The position numbers and the translations under genes were made by a program. This document shows positions 49,401-62,105 of a stretch of 64,000 nt of DNA, piece after piece. The stretch's first letter is position 1; the number at the start of each line of letters is the position of its first letter. Below the pieces are notes generated by a model. It was given only the letters and a program-made list of their open reading frames with translations. It had not been told where the DNA came from and searched no databases. The DNA comes from Azolla caroliniana (taxonomy: Eukaryota; Plantae; Polypodiophyta): assembly GCA_043228905.1 (NCBI GenBank), contig JBHGNT010000002.1, positions 13,764,001-13,828,000 on the forward strand, in the 5' to 3' direction.

Positions 49401-51540
49401 GATTGAAGATGACCTCAAGAAAGGATAAGTTGAGCTTGAGGGGGAGTGTTGAGAAGCAAGCTCAACAAAGGTATGTGATGCTTATTGAGAAATAAGCTAT
49501 AGTAGCTATTAGCTAATTAGCTACTAGTGGATATAAAGGTGAAACAACTATTTAGCTACTGACAGCTATTTAGTTGCATATATAAGTCACTTATAACTTA
49601 GGTAAAAAGTAAGTAGTAAGTAGTAAGTGTAGAAGTAGAAGAGTAAGAGAGAGAGAGTAGTGCAGAGTGAGCAAGAACCGAAAAACAGAAAATAGACGAG
49701 AGCGAGTGGAGCTATGCGTGTAATGAAGTAGAAGTTTTTTGGACTGTGCAGAGGTAAGCTTCCTTCCCCTTCCCCTTTCTATCTTGAGCATTGAACGATC
49801 TAGCACATCACGATCCACTGCGTACACAGAAGAGCCGTAGTGCCTTCGTAACACCGATTGCCTAGCCGGCAAGCAAAACCGAACCTCCTTCTTGTCAAGA
49901 CCACCAATGAGATGGAATGCACCATTGGACCTGGTGCATACCAATGTGTGTCAAGTGGACACGAATTCATATGCCGGATCATAGTACTTCGTGACGTTCA
50001 TAGATGACCACAGCCGGAAGCTGTGGGTCTCACCATTGAAGATGAAGGATCAAGTGCTATCCGTCTTCAAGGAGCTCCATGCGAGAGTGGAAAGAGAAAC
50101 CGGCCGGAAGCTGAAGGCAGTTCGAGCAAATAACGGAGGAGAATACCGGAGGCAGTTCGAGGAGTACTGTTGATCGAAGGGAATCCGGCTCGAATTTACG
50201 GTGCCGAAGACATCGGAATTGAACGAGCTGGCTGAAAGGATGAACCAGACCATAATGGAGAGAGTCTGAAGCATGCTAGCACATGCCAAGTTACCCAAGA
50301 CGTTTTGGGCTGAGGCACTAACGACGACGACCTATGTGATAAATAGATCACCCTTAGTACCCTTGGGAGGAGACTCACCTCAGAAAGTATGGACCGGTAA
50401 AGATGTATCTTATCGGCATCTGAAGGTGTTCGGGTGTCTCGCATATATGCATGTTGCAAAGGACAAGAGAGCAAAGCTAGATCCGAAGTCCAAGCCATGC
50501 ATATTCCTTGGATATGGCAATGATGAGTTCGGTTATCGGGTGTGGGATCTGGTTGACAAGAAGGTGTTCCGGAGTCAGGACATAGTCTTCATGGAAGACT
50601 GGACCATTGCCGACTGGGAGTCGGAGAAGAAGATTATCAACTCCGGATCATCCAATGAAAACCGGCATGAGGACACAAGGACCTACCCGGTTGAAAACCG
50701 GATGTTAGCCGATAACCGGATGACACTTGACGAACCAGCCAGATACGGTCAGAAAACCAAACCGACCGAAGAAGAAGAAGAAGAAGAAGAAGACACTGGA
50801 ACCGAACAAGATCCCGAATCGGATTCGAATTCGGAACAGACGGAGGAACCGGTAGTCAAAAACCAGGGACAGAGATATCCTCTTTGGGAGAGAAGAGCCC
50901 CCCGAAGATTTCCAGATGCAGAGCACGTGTTGCTAACCGATGAGGGGGAGCCAGAAAGCTTCGAAGAAGCAAAGAGAGACGCCCACAACCGCAAGTGGTT
51001 GAGTGCCATGCAAGACGAGATGGATTCCTTGCATGAGAACCACACGTATGAACTGACAGAGTTGTTGAAAGGGAAGAGAGCTCTTCGGAATAAGTGGGTG
51101 TACAAGCTGAAACTGGGAGACGCTGGAAATCCACCAAGGTACAAAGCCCAGATCGTGGTGAAGGGCTTCCAGCAGAAGAAAGGAGTGGACTTCGATGAGA
51201 TCTTTGCCCTGGTAGTAAAGATGACATCCATCCGGATGGTATTGGACATAATGGCAAGCATGGATCTCGAGGTAGAGCAACTGGACGTGAAGAACGACAT
51301 TCCTCCATGGGAACCTCAAAGAAGATATCTACATGCATCAACCGGAAGGATTTGAGAAGAAAGGGAAGGAGCACCTGGTGTGCCAGCTGAAGAAGAGCTT
51401 ATACGGATTGAAGCAAGCTCCCCGGCAATGGTATCGGAAGTTCGACTCCTTCATGACCGACCAAGGGTACAACAAAACTCAAGCCGGTCACTACGTGTTT
51501 GTGAAGAAATTTGACGGAGGAGACTTCTTGATATTGCTCG

Positions 51541-51965
51541 GTACGAACACCGCCGACCATATCTGAGACCTCGACACAAACACCGTCGGCCGCAACACAA
51601 GCACTGTTGGACAGTCAACAGAGTGAGCCGAACATCCGAAGGAGTGAGTCCGACAATTCACGGGTTGACGAAGAGGAAACAATGTTGTACCCATATCCCA
51701 AATATAATGATGAGTCGGATGTTGAGGCACACATCCACAAGTTTCTCGCAACATGGCAAGCAAACCATGTCTCGCAAAGACTAGTTGGAGTCAACATTGA
51801 GGTGTCGAAGATTGTTGAATTTAGTTTGTTGCTGGAGGACCAAGTCGCTAATTGGTTCTTAGCATGATCAAGGAGAGTTTGACTCCTTTGAGCGCTTGAG
51901 CGAAAAATTTGTCAAGCTATTTCACTGGGGGGTCGCACAAAGAGAGTTGATGTGACAATTCTAGA
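51541..51965 (+). pseudogene. Gypsy gag fragment (E-like)
   Basis: YPKYNDESDVEAHIHKFLATWQANHVS resembles E YSKYRDDPDVEAHVHAFEQTWEANHAS. Confidence 0.75.
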
Positions 51966-51975
51966 TCGTGCATTG

Positions 51976-52440
51976 GAAGTTGAGCTTGAAGGGGCGTGTT
52001 AAGAATCAAACTCAACTTCTCTAGTGTGGGAACACAACTTAGGAATAGCCAAGTATCCCACCACTTTGTATCATAACTAATGTGTCATAGAAGTTAAGTC
52101 CTATGATACATAGTTACTAGGTAGTTAAGTCTCCACCTCCTTCCCAAGAGGTGGTTGTAGTGAGAGAATATAGAGACAATAGGACTACATAAACATCTTT
52201 CGCCTCTTTTTTGTAACAATTGGTTGTTCTTCATTCTTGTTAATATATTTTTCGTGTTTTTTGTCTATCTATGTGTGTGTCTCTCTCTCTATCATACACA
52301 CACGCACTTTCCACTACACAGAATCACACCCGATTCTTTACAGAATTAAACCATGGATGAAAGCAATGACTTTTCTAGACGTCTTCAAGATCTATATTCG
52401 CTCAATATTCAACAATTGGTTGGTACACCTCCTTCCATGT
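51976..52440 (+). repeat. Copia PPT and 3' LTR remnant (LTR starts at 51997; end approximate)
   Basis: AAGTTGAGCTTGAAGGGGCG|TGTTAAG, the same PPT motif as L/M/I. Confidence 0.6.
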
Positions 52441-52789
52441 TGTGTGATAAAGAATATTGCAATATAGACACTTCCTTTCCTTATACACCTTCTACTAAAA
52501 CAAAACATGGACCCACTTCAATGGTGGCGACATGGTTCAAAGTATGATGCAATGTATGCAAATCACACCATTTCTCGATAGCTATACGGGAACGTATTCA
52601 TATTATGGCCGCAATCTTGTACATGAAGGAAAGAAGAAAGGAAGGAAGGTAGGTGGGGTTTCTCATCACAAGTGATACACCGTTGAGAGAACTTCGTGTT
52701 CCCGAGTGTTTGGTTTGGAATGACATATGCAAATATGTATGTATGAATGTATGAGTTGAGTGAGGGATTTGAGTTGGATGGAGATGCAA

Positions 52790-52824
52790 GAGGAGGAGGA
52801 GGAGGAGGAGGAGGAGGAGGAGGA
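52790..52824. repeat. (GGA)n microsatellite
   Basis: Read directly from the sequence. Confidence 0.9.
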
Positions 52825-52946
52825 GTCGTTCATCATCCTTTGTATGAGACTGGGGCCAATATTTTTACGTTTATGTATTGTATAATGTATTGTATGTGTA
52901 TGTGTAACAATGTATGTAATGTGAAACGGGACATAAAAGCATATTG

Positions 52947-53048
52947 TTAGGGTTTAGTTTAGTCGTCATCGTCGTCGTCGTCGTTACAGAAAGGAACAAC
53001 ACAGAGTCTTTTTCTGTGTCTTGACTGTTACCAGCGGGTTTTAGGGTT
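52947..53048 (-). promoter_or_regulatory. Telo-box motifs upstream of RPS16
   Basis: TTAGGGTTT at 52947-52955 and TTAGGGTT at 53041-53048; telo boxes are typical of plant ribosomal protein gene promoters. Confidence 0.65.
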
Positions 53049-53081
53049 CTCTGAAGCGGCTCTCATTATTCTGTTCTGGCT

Positions 53082-53519
53082 ATGGCGGCGACTACCACAG
53101 AGTCAGTTCAGTGTTTCGGGCGCAAGAAGACAGCGGTGGCAGTGGCTCACTGCAAGCGAGGCCGAGGCCTGATCAAGATCAACGGATGCCCCATCGAGCT
53201 CGTGGAACCGGAGATCCTTCGCTACAAAGCCTACGAACCTGTCCTTCTCCTGGGTCGCCATCGCTTCGCTGGTGTCGATATCCGTATCCGTGTCCGTGGA
53301 GGAGGCCATACCTCTCAGATCTATGCCATCCGACAGGCCATCGCAAAGGCCCTTGTTTCCTTCTACCAGAAGTACGTAGATGAGCAGTCAAAGAAGGAGA
53401 TCCGTGACATCCTTGTCAGGTATGATCGGACGCTACTTGTGGCTGATCCTCGTCGCTGTGAACCCAAGAAGTTCGGTGGTAGAGGTGCTCGTGCTCGTTT
53501 CCAGAAGTCTTATCGTTAG
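53082..53519 (+). CDS. RPS16: 40S ribosomal protein S16 (uS9), intronless CDS
   Basis: Intact 145 aa: [14 protein letters not shown]...[13 protein letters not shown]...[24 protein letters not shown]. Confidence 0.98.
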   Translation: MAATTTESVQCFGRKKTAVAVAHCKRGRGLIKINGCPIELVEPEILRYKAYEPVLLLGRHRFAGVDIRIRVRGGGHTSQIYAIRQAIAKALVSFYQKYVDEQSKKEIRDILVRYDRTLLVADPRRCEPKKFGGRGARARFQKSYR

Positions 53520-53794
53520 GGGGATGGAAGAAAGAGAGAAGAGATGCTTTGCTTTGTCCTCTGTGTTCTATTTTCCTCATTGCCATGGAACCGTACTTTT
53601 TTTGTCTTAGTTGTTTCCTTCCTCCTTATTCAGTTTGTCAATGAAATGAAATGTTTTGAGTAACTAACTAATGGTTAAATCTATAACTATTCATCTATCT
53701 ACATGCTTAGCTCTTGTAATCTATTCTTGAATTATCCATCTCTACGTTGTCTTTGTTTGTTGAATTGACGTATCACTCAGATGTTTTCTTTCTG

Positions 53795-53797
<3 letters not shown>

Positions 53798-53834
<37 letters not shown>
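53798..53834. repeat. (TA)n microsatellite
   Basis: Read directly from the sequence. Confidence 0.95.
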
Positions 53835-53837
<3 letters not shown>

Positions 53838-56466
53838 CATGCATGGGATCTATCCTCTCCCTAACGGTTTTATTTACTTCGGATGTGTCATTTTTGGGTG
53901 CAATACACTGCGAAGCTCTTCCCAATATCTCGTTTGTTTTCCTTCGCAATCTGCTCAAGTTTTTTCTTTTTTTATTCGTATTTGTCAAGTGGGAACCTCC
54001 AAATTCAGCTCTTCTGTTATTTGGAAGTTGTGTGTATCACTATGTACCCAGAGGCTCTCAACTTCTGAACTGCGCATACTTGTCTTTATCTAATTTTATA
54101 GTCTTATATGATTCTTAAGCACCTCGGTACTTATGCGTTCCTGATTTTTAGCTAAGGATTTGGTTTTCAGACCACGCACACCTTTCTCTCCTGTTCTTTC
54201 TATAGCTTTTGTAATTGCTTTGCTCTACCATGCTTTTGGAAGCTCAGGTTTAGTATTTTGTGTGTTCATTTCTGAAGCTTATTTCTGAGACATATCTCTT
54301 CTTGAGATAAGATACTGACTGATCTTGGGCATGGCTGTTCTGGGTGGTTTTGATGAGCACTAGTAAGTCCCTTTGGTTTCTTATTCAGTGATGACCATTA
54401 GCTCTTTGCTTTTGTATTCAGTTGTCTTTTATACCAGTTGGAATTGTTACTTCTTGTTATCTCCAGAGGAGTAAGACATGTGATTGGCCCTAATGTGGGC
54501 CAATTTCGGTGTAGTTTGTTGATTTAGATGATTTCTTCTCTAAAAGTGCGACAAATGATCTCATTGTCGCATCTGAACTCGTGGGTCGGAATTGCCATCA
54601 CGAAAGAAGCTTAATAGATAAGATTAAATCTACTGTGAGGCGGAGAAGTTTAATGGAGGCAATGTCGAGAAAGTTAGAATCTCAATGCATCTCCTAAAAA
54701 ATATATATTATACAATAGGAAACAAATTGTTTGTTATTCGAGTTGCAATCAAGATGTTTTGTTGTAATGGTCTCTAAATGCCAAAAAATGTATCAATAAT
54801 AAGAACTCATAGAACTATCTGTAAATCACCAGTGAACATGAAGTAGATACATTGTGATTGAGGTTACTAAAATAGTCCAAATGTTCAAATATGGCTTAAT
54901 CCCTTATGCTACGAGCTTGTTGTGACCCATTTGCTTTAGTAAAACATCATATTAGTGAACCTTGTGACCCATGTACTGATGTAGAAGTAAATCGATGCAT
55001 GCAGCTACTAATTTTGAAAAAAAGTATAAAAGTATAATGTTATGTTGAGATTAAAATGAAGTAAATGGAACCTTGAAGATGAAGAGATGTGCAATGAAGG
55101 GTTCCCTTATAGTTTAATTTATTAGTTCTTTGTAACTAAGATGGGCCTCTAATATATTGAAATCTTTAATGCAAAATGTGTTTGTGAAGGCTAAAAGTTG
55201 GGGTTCTATTTAATTTTCAAGAATATCTCAAACAAAAGTATACTAAAGGTTTCTCTCCTTTCTCATGACTAATGAATGTTGTGCTCAAGTGGGTGCTATC
55301 TCTTTCATTCCTATGCCTCTCTTTTTGGCATAGGCGTGGACACATTGGTTTGAGATGTGCATTTGGGACAAGTGATGAGACTAATTGTCTATGCACTTTT
55401 GGACCTAAACTATTTTGGAGTTTTGAGTAGCACACTTTGATACAATGCTTTGCCTTTGATCACATTCAGCTACCCATCCGATCACACCTCTTTGATGAAA
55501 TGTAATCCTTGCATGAATTTCTTTGTGTCATAGAGCACTCACATTTCATGTACTGTGTGACAATGTTAGATTTTTTGGTCTCATTGGTTAGATTTGATGT
55601 CAAACATAATAATAAAATCTCTCTTTGGGTTTTGTCTTCTACAAGTTTACTTCAGCCATTATTTACTCATATGAGGTCTGGTTTTGACAAGTTATGGCTT
55701 GAATAGAATCTCACAATAATATCTACAATATGATATTGGAAGATCAAATTTGTAATCAACTAAAGCTAATAGGTCTCAGAGGTAAACGTCTCGTACAATA
55801 ACAAACACTTGTAAGGCGACTACAAAGTCTTGGGAGTATGATCCCAAATCACCAACAATTCTTGATATTAATGCAACAAATTCAGCCACAATGGAGAAAA
55901 TGTGTATGAGTCACTTGATTTCGCTTAAAAAAACCATAAACAAGCAAGGTGAAGAGATTAAGACACTAATGGAGGAGATTGCTAAACTACAAATTGTTAT
56001 TGAGAAAGGTCTAAAGGAAATGGTTACAAAACTTTAAGATGAGACTTGAGAATGTAAGAGACCTTCATTAGAATCAAATGAATGCCTAAACAAGATTGAG
56101 TTAAAAGAAGCATTAAAATAAGTAACAATGGACACAATGAGGCAAGATGTAAGTGAGATGAAAAAGGTATGCACAACAAAGTCATGAGCCGATGTATGTG
56201 GTGGGATATGGTATCTCACTTATCTATTATGCATATGATGAATCAAGAGAAGAAAGTAGAAAGCATAGATGTCCAAGAAATAAAAGAATATGAATGAAGA
56301 TAAAAGAACACTATAATTCATGGGATTAAAGAGGAGATAATGGAAACATCCACATTCCTCGAAAAGGTCATTGGTGAATTCTTTAATACGCTGAACATGG
56401 GGGCACAATGAGTTAGGAAACATGATGTTTGGTTGTTCGAGAGAAGAGCTTATTGTATATACAATG

Positions 56467-56760
56467 ACAGATGATATAAAGCAAAGGATCATACTTGAGA
56501 ATAGTTGGGTGTACCTCAAAGGTACACAATGCTTTCTAAGGGAAGGTTGTACTATCTCACAACAAAATGCCTATCGTAAAGCATACAATTTCTTTTGTAA
56601 AAATAAGGTTACAGATGATACAAAGTGAAGGATCATACTTGAAAATAGTTGGGTGTACCTCAAAGGTACGGAATGCTTTCTTAGGGAAGATTGTACTCTC
56701 TCACAACAAAATGCATATATCGTAAAACATATGAAGAAAAATTGAGAAAATAAGATTACG
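56467..56760. repeat. Diverged 144-bp tandem duplication
   Basis: ACAGATGATA...GGATCATACTTGA...GTACCTCAAAGGTAC starts at 56467 and 56611. Confidence 0.8.
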
Positions 56761-58352
56761 AATGTGATCTATGAGATTAATCCACGTCTTCTACGGCGAT
56801 GCTTTTGGAATGCAAAGAATACCCCTTGGAATGCAAGATTTGACATAAAGGACTTCACTAATGACTCACTTATAATAGTCATGTTGAAAGATGGGAGCAT
56901 GATACTCAAAGGATTCAAGGTTTAGGAAATCATAATGTACAGTCTGTTGGGAAATATATCCCTTCGGATGGCAAGAGCGCTACACTGGATCAGATGGATT
57001 CGGAGATGAATCTGGAAGAGCACATATCTGTAAATATGCTCTGATATGCCTTCGAGAGGCTATATTTGTAAATAGGCCTAAAGTTATATCAATATAAATA
57101 TAACTAGGGCAAACCATTAAGTGTGTGATGTTCACGTTGTTGTTGTAACTAACTATGGTAGAGAGAGAGAGTGCTGTTGCATCTCTAATGTCGCCACCAT
57201 CAGGCGAAGAAGACGAGCTCGAGGTCGCTGCATGCAAGTCTCCTTGTATTTCCCCTTCTCATAGTGAAACACTTTGGAGTCGGTGGGCTCTTGTGGTTTT
57301 TCCCACTTAGGGCTTCCTTGTTAACATCCAGTGTCATTTTGTCTCTCCCCTAAGTGTGTCCAACAATCAGTTTTTCCATCTTGTGCCTGAATCTCAGTTG
57401 TGGCCGAGACCCATTTTTCTATCAAACTGGTATTAGATCGAAGGTTCTTTACCTTCAAGAGAAAGAAAATGGAAGAATCATTTGGCCGAATGTTCAAGCT
57501 AATCGGCTCCAACTATTGAGTGGGGAAGTCGAAGATGTGGGATATGTTGGCGTGTAAAGAAGTATGGTTGCCGGTGCAATACGGCAAGACCAAGCCAGAT
57601 AAGATCGATGCATTGACTTGGGAAGTCATGCATCTGAAGGCGACCACATACATAAGGTGTTTTATAGACATGCGTCTATACAACAACTTCAACAAAGAGA
57701 ACAACGCGGACGTCCTCTGGGAGAAGATTGGCATTATGTTCGAGAACAAGAATGCCGTTAATAGGGTCTCAATCTTTAGGAAGATCGTGAGACTCTAGTA
57801 TCAAGATGGCTCGAGCATGGAAGAGCATTTGAACGCCTTCCAATAAATCAGACCACCTCTCTAGAAGTATTGTTAGTTAACGAGGTACTAACATTGCTAC
57901 TGTTGGGATCCTTTTCGGGGAGCTGGGAAACACTCGTCCCTAGAGAAGGTGAAGTTGAGCTTGCTCAATGAGGAAGCTTGTCGGAAGGACAGAGAGGCAA
58001 TCTCTGACCCAAAGGCCTTAGTCATGGAAGGTGACATAAATATGGGAAAGGGCCGGAATAGAAGTCCCTAGAACCGGGAGAAATCGGGAACTAGGTCGAA
58101 GACAAGGAGGAGGCCCACGTGCTTTTATTGTGGAAAGCCGGGGCACTTCCAAAAGAATTGCCGACACTATCATAAAGACAAAGGGGGATCTGATGGTGCT
58201 CAACCTAAGAAGATTCTGGATGGCAAGAACACCTCAACAATCACCTCAAATGAAGAGGATTTGTTATTCATCAATGAGCAAAGCGAGCCGAATCTTGTCG
58301 GCGATGAATTGACATGGGTGGTTGATTCGGGTGCATCATTCCACCTGACCCC

Positions 58353-61300
58353 TGTTAAGAGTCTATTACTAATCAATAGAAGAAAGTAAAGTAAAAGAAG
58401 GAAAATAGATTGGATAGAAGAACCCGTTCCACCCGAGCACCCCCGAGCTATGATCTAGACATAGCCAACCTACCACCGACGTCCCATACCACCGGATATT
58501 AGGATGACTGATACCTTGGAAGAGATAAACACGATCGTCGAGACGAAAGCCTAGCCCGCACCACCGGTGTCTAAGACAACATCCTTCCAACGTAATCTGA
58601 TTATGAGGGTAACTAAGCCTCATATTTATACCTTTTCCTAGGCCCCTTGAATAGATGTGCCTTTTTAAAAGGCTCTCCATTCATTTGTTGTCCAAATCAT
58701 GATAGTGCATGCACCTATCATTCTTTCTATCCAATCATTAGTCTCCTTTTTAACATTAGTGAACATACCCTTCACTAATGTAAATATTGGTGACCTACCC
58801 TCACCAACGTGATGTGTACATAACATACTCCCCTGCTTCAAAAGATTGCACTCTTGCAATATAAAGTGAGGAAATTGTGCCTTAAGAGTATGCTTGCGTT
58901 CCCATGTGGCATCATCAATAGGTTTATCCATCCATTTGATCTTGAATAGCCGAATCTCTTTAGAATGTAAACATTTAGTACGAGAATCAAGAATTCGTTC
59001 AGGAACATGAGGTTTGTAAGAAAAATCCTCTAATGTTACACGATCTTGGATTGTGATGGTGTTATCACTATAGCCTAAAAATGGTTTTAGATGACTAACG
59101 TGAAAAATAGGATGAATACCAATGTTACAGGGTAAGGCCAGGTGATAAGCAGATGATCCAACCCGCTTAAGGATTTCAAATGGGCCACAATATCGTGTGG
59201 CTAACTTAGCGCACTTGCCTGTAGACAATGATGTAGAGTCAGTAGGGACACGCAAAAAAACTTTTTGACCAATAGTAAATGCACGAGGACGCCTATCCTG
59301 AGTAGCATAAAATCGAGCATGATCTTGAGCTATCTTGACATTCTCTTTGGCAATATGCAACATTTGGTTCATGTCTTGCAAAAAAATGTGTGTACTGTCT
59401 AATGTATCACGATGAATCGTGACATCAACTGGGGCATGTGGTTGAAAACCATACATCAACATAAAAGGACTATATCCAGTGGATGTATGTTTAGAGCTAT
59501 TATAGGCAAATTCTAAGATAGGAAGGTATTGCACCCACTTTGAAGGGGTTTTTGCTACATAAGCTCGAAGCATGTCCTCAATAATTTGATTAACTCGTTC
59601 AGTTTGTCCATCAGACTGAGGATGATCTGCGGAACTCATGCTCAACGTAGTTTCTAGTTTCTTAAAGACTTGAGTCCAAAAGTCACTAGTAAACTTGGAA
59701 TTTCGATCACTAACAATATCCATCGGTAATCCATAAAAACGAAATAACTCATCAACAAATTGATAAGCCAATTGTTGAGCGGTTACCATGGTTTTGGTAG
59801 GAATAAATCTAGCCAATTTTGCTAGTCTGTCAACGACAACCCAAATGGCATCATGACCCCTTTGTGTACGAGGTAAACTAACAATAAAATCCATTGAGAT
59901 ACTTTCCCATTTGTTGTTGGGAATATCCAAAGGATGTAAAATACCAGTAGCTTTAAGTCATTCCGACTTATTAATCTGACATTGGAAGCATTGAGTTACA
60001 TATTTATGCACGTTAGAGCGCATCTTAGGCCAGAAAAAAGTACTCGAGATGAGAACGAGTGTGCGTTGTATTCCAGGATGACCAGTAGATGGTGCATCAT
60101 GACATTCATGAATAATTTTATGTTTTACGTTTGGTAAATCTGGAACATAGACCTTTCCACTATGGTAGAGCAAACCATTTGTAATGTGAAAGGTTGCCTT
60201 CGAGGGTAGGTTGCTAGTATCGGCATCTAAACCAGATTCGGCTTTCATCTAGTATTTCGAAAAATAACTGTCATCAAGGTATTTCCCTCGAAGGTGATCT
60301 AAAAGATTAGATTTTATTTCCGTGAAGCTAAGCATGTTAACTTCTTTAATGCAACTAAGAGCATCCGTAACAGTGTTCATAGAACCCTTGCGATACCGTA
60401 TGGAAAAATCAAAATCTTGCATAAGGTCAGCTCAACGGCCTTTATGACCAACAAGATCTGGCTGGTCACAAAAATACTTCAATGATTGATGGTCTGTTGT
60501 AACCACAAATTTATTTCCATAGAGATAGTGCCTCCATGTTTTAAGTGCATGTATTACCGCAAACAACTCTTTCTCTTGAACCGAATACCGAGATTGAGCA
60601 ACATCAAGCTTCTTACTTTCAAAAGCAATAGGGTGACCACCTTGATAAAGAACAACACCAATAGCATAATCACTAGTATCGGTTTCGATTGAGAAAGGCT
60701 TAGAAGGGTCCGATAATAGAAGAGTGGGAGCCTGACACACATGCTGTTTGAGTGTCTCAAATGATTTTTCAAGTTGTTCATTCCATACAATTGGTTTCAT
60801 AGACTTACGTGGATGACCTTTTAAAAGGTCAGTTAATGACGTAGTCAATTTGGAAGATAACTTGTGTAATTAAAAAATAGGTAGAATAATAATCAATTAG
60901 GTGTATGAACATTAAGCATGCCTTAATGGATGAAACCCTCAGGTAGTCGACATGCACCTCCTCAAGACCACCACATCTCCCTAGAATTGACCAATTGATG
61001 ACTCAATAAAGAGTAAAGTGGCATAGGTAAGTGACATATACCTCGTTAAGGCCACAACATCCTATAGAATCGTCCAAGTGATGGCTCACTAGAGAGTAGA
61101 GTGGCATAGGTAGGCGACATACACCTCGTCAAGACCACAACATCCCATAGAATCAGCCAAGTGATGACTCAATAAATGGAAGAGTGGCATACTCAACATC
61201 ATATGCAAAAGGGCCATGAGGTGAGCGTGTGCGATTAGGGAAAACACCCTCGACTCGATGCACAAGAATAATTATTATCGTAAGAGATGGCTCAAGAGAG

Positions 61301-62105
61301 GGGAGCGTGGGAGATACATCGCAATATGCAAAAAGCCATGAGTTGAGCGTGTGCAATTAGTGCAAACATGCTTGGCCTGATGCACAATAATAATTAAAAT
61401 TGTATCGTGGTAGAAAGATGAAAGAAAAGAAAAGAAAACGTAATACAAATTTGTTTTGACCAACAAGAATGCATCATAGAAAGAAGAGAGATCGAGAAAG
61501 AAGAATACCGGGTTTAGAGTGTTGTTTTGATCCTGAGAAGAGCATGACGAGCCTTGTTAGATCCCCATCACTCACATGCAAAAAATATCAAAACAACAAA
61601 AAAAATTGTTAGTAAAAGCTCTGATACCACTGTTAAGAGTCTATTACTAATCAATAGACAAAAGTAAAGTAAAAGAAGGAAAATAGATTGGATAGAAGAA
61701 CCCGTTCCAACCGATCACCCCCGAGCTATGATCTAGACATAGCCAACCTACCACCGACGTTCCATACCGCTGGATATTAGGATGACTAATACCTTGGAAG
61801 AGATAAACATGATCGTCGAGATGAAAGCCTAGCCCGCACCACCGGTGTCTAAGACAACAACCTTCCGACATAATCTGATTATGAGGGTAACTAAGCCTCA
61901 TATTTATACCTTTTCCTAGGCCCCTTGAATAGATGTGCCTTTTTAAAAGGCTCTCCATTCATTTGTTGTCCAAATCATGATAGTGCATGCACCTATCATT
62001 CCTTCTAATCAATCATTAGTCCCCTTTTTAACATTAGTGAACATACCCTTCACTAATGTAAATATTGGTGACCTACCCTCACCAACGTGATGTGGACATA
62101 ACATA
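58353..62105 (-). mobile_element. Chromovirus-type gypsy K, gag-PR-RT deleted
   Basis: 473-bp LTRs 58353-58825 and 61631-62103; iMet PBS 61617-61629; PPT GAAGCAGGGGAG; RH 60432-60848; IN plus chromodomain 58665-59930. Confidence 0.93.
58665..59930 (-). pseudogene. Integrase core, GPF motif and chromodomain of K
   Basis: WESISMDFIVSLP, HPQSDGQTERVN, RYCGPF, PERILDSR...KIKWMDKPIDDATWE. Confidence 0.9.

Larger units (their letters stand above)
34758..49853 (+). mobile_element. Copia element I, full length, split by E
   Basis: LTRs 34758-35162 and 49447-49853; perfect TSD CCGAT; PBS TGGTATCAGAGC at 35163-35174; PPT 49432-49446; gag-PR 35301-36724, IN, RT (IYVDDL) and RH to 49428. Confidence 0.95.
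32766..51540 (+). mobile_element. Copia element H, 3' truncated, split by I
   Basis: 5' LTR 32766-33315; degenerate iMet PBS TAGTATCAAAGC; gag/PR 33346-34757; IN/RT resume at 49854 (ORF 50273-51355). Confidence 0.88.

Noticed and set aside
53747-54118. 123-aa ORF downstream of RPS16
   Set aside because: Runs through the (TA)n microsatellite in T-rich 3' flank; not protein-like.
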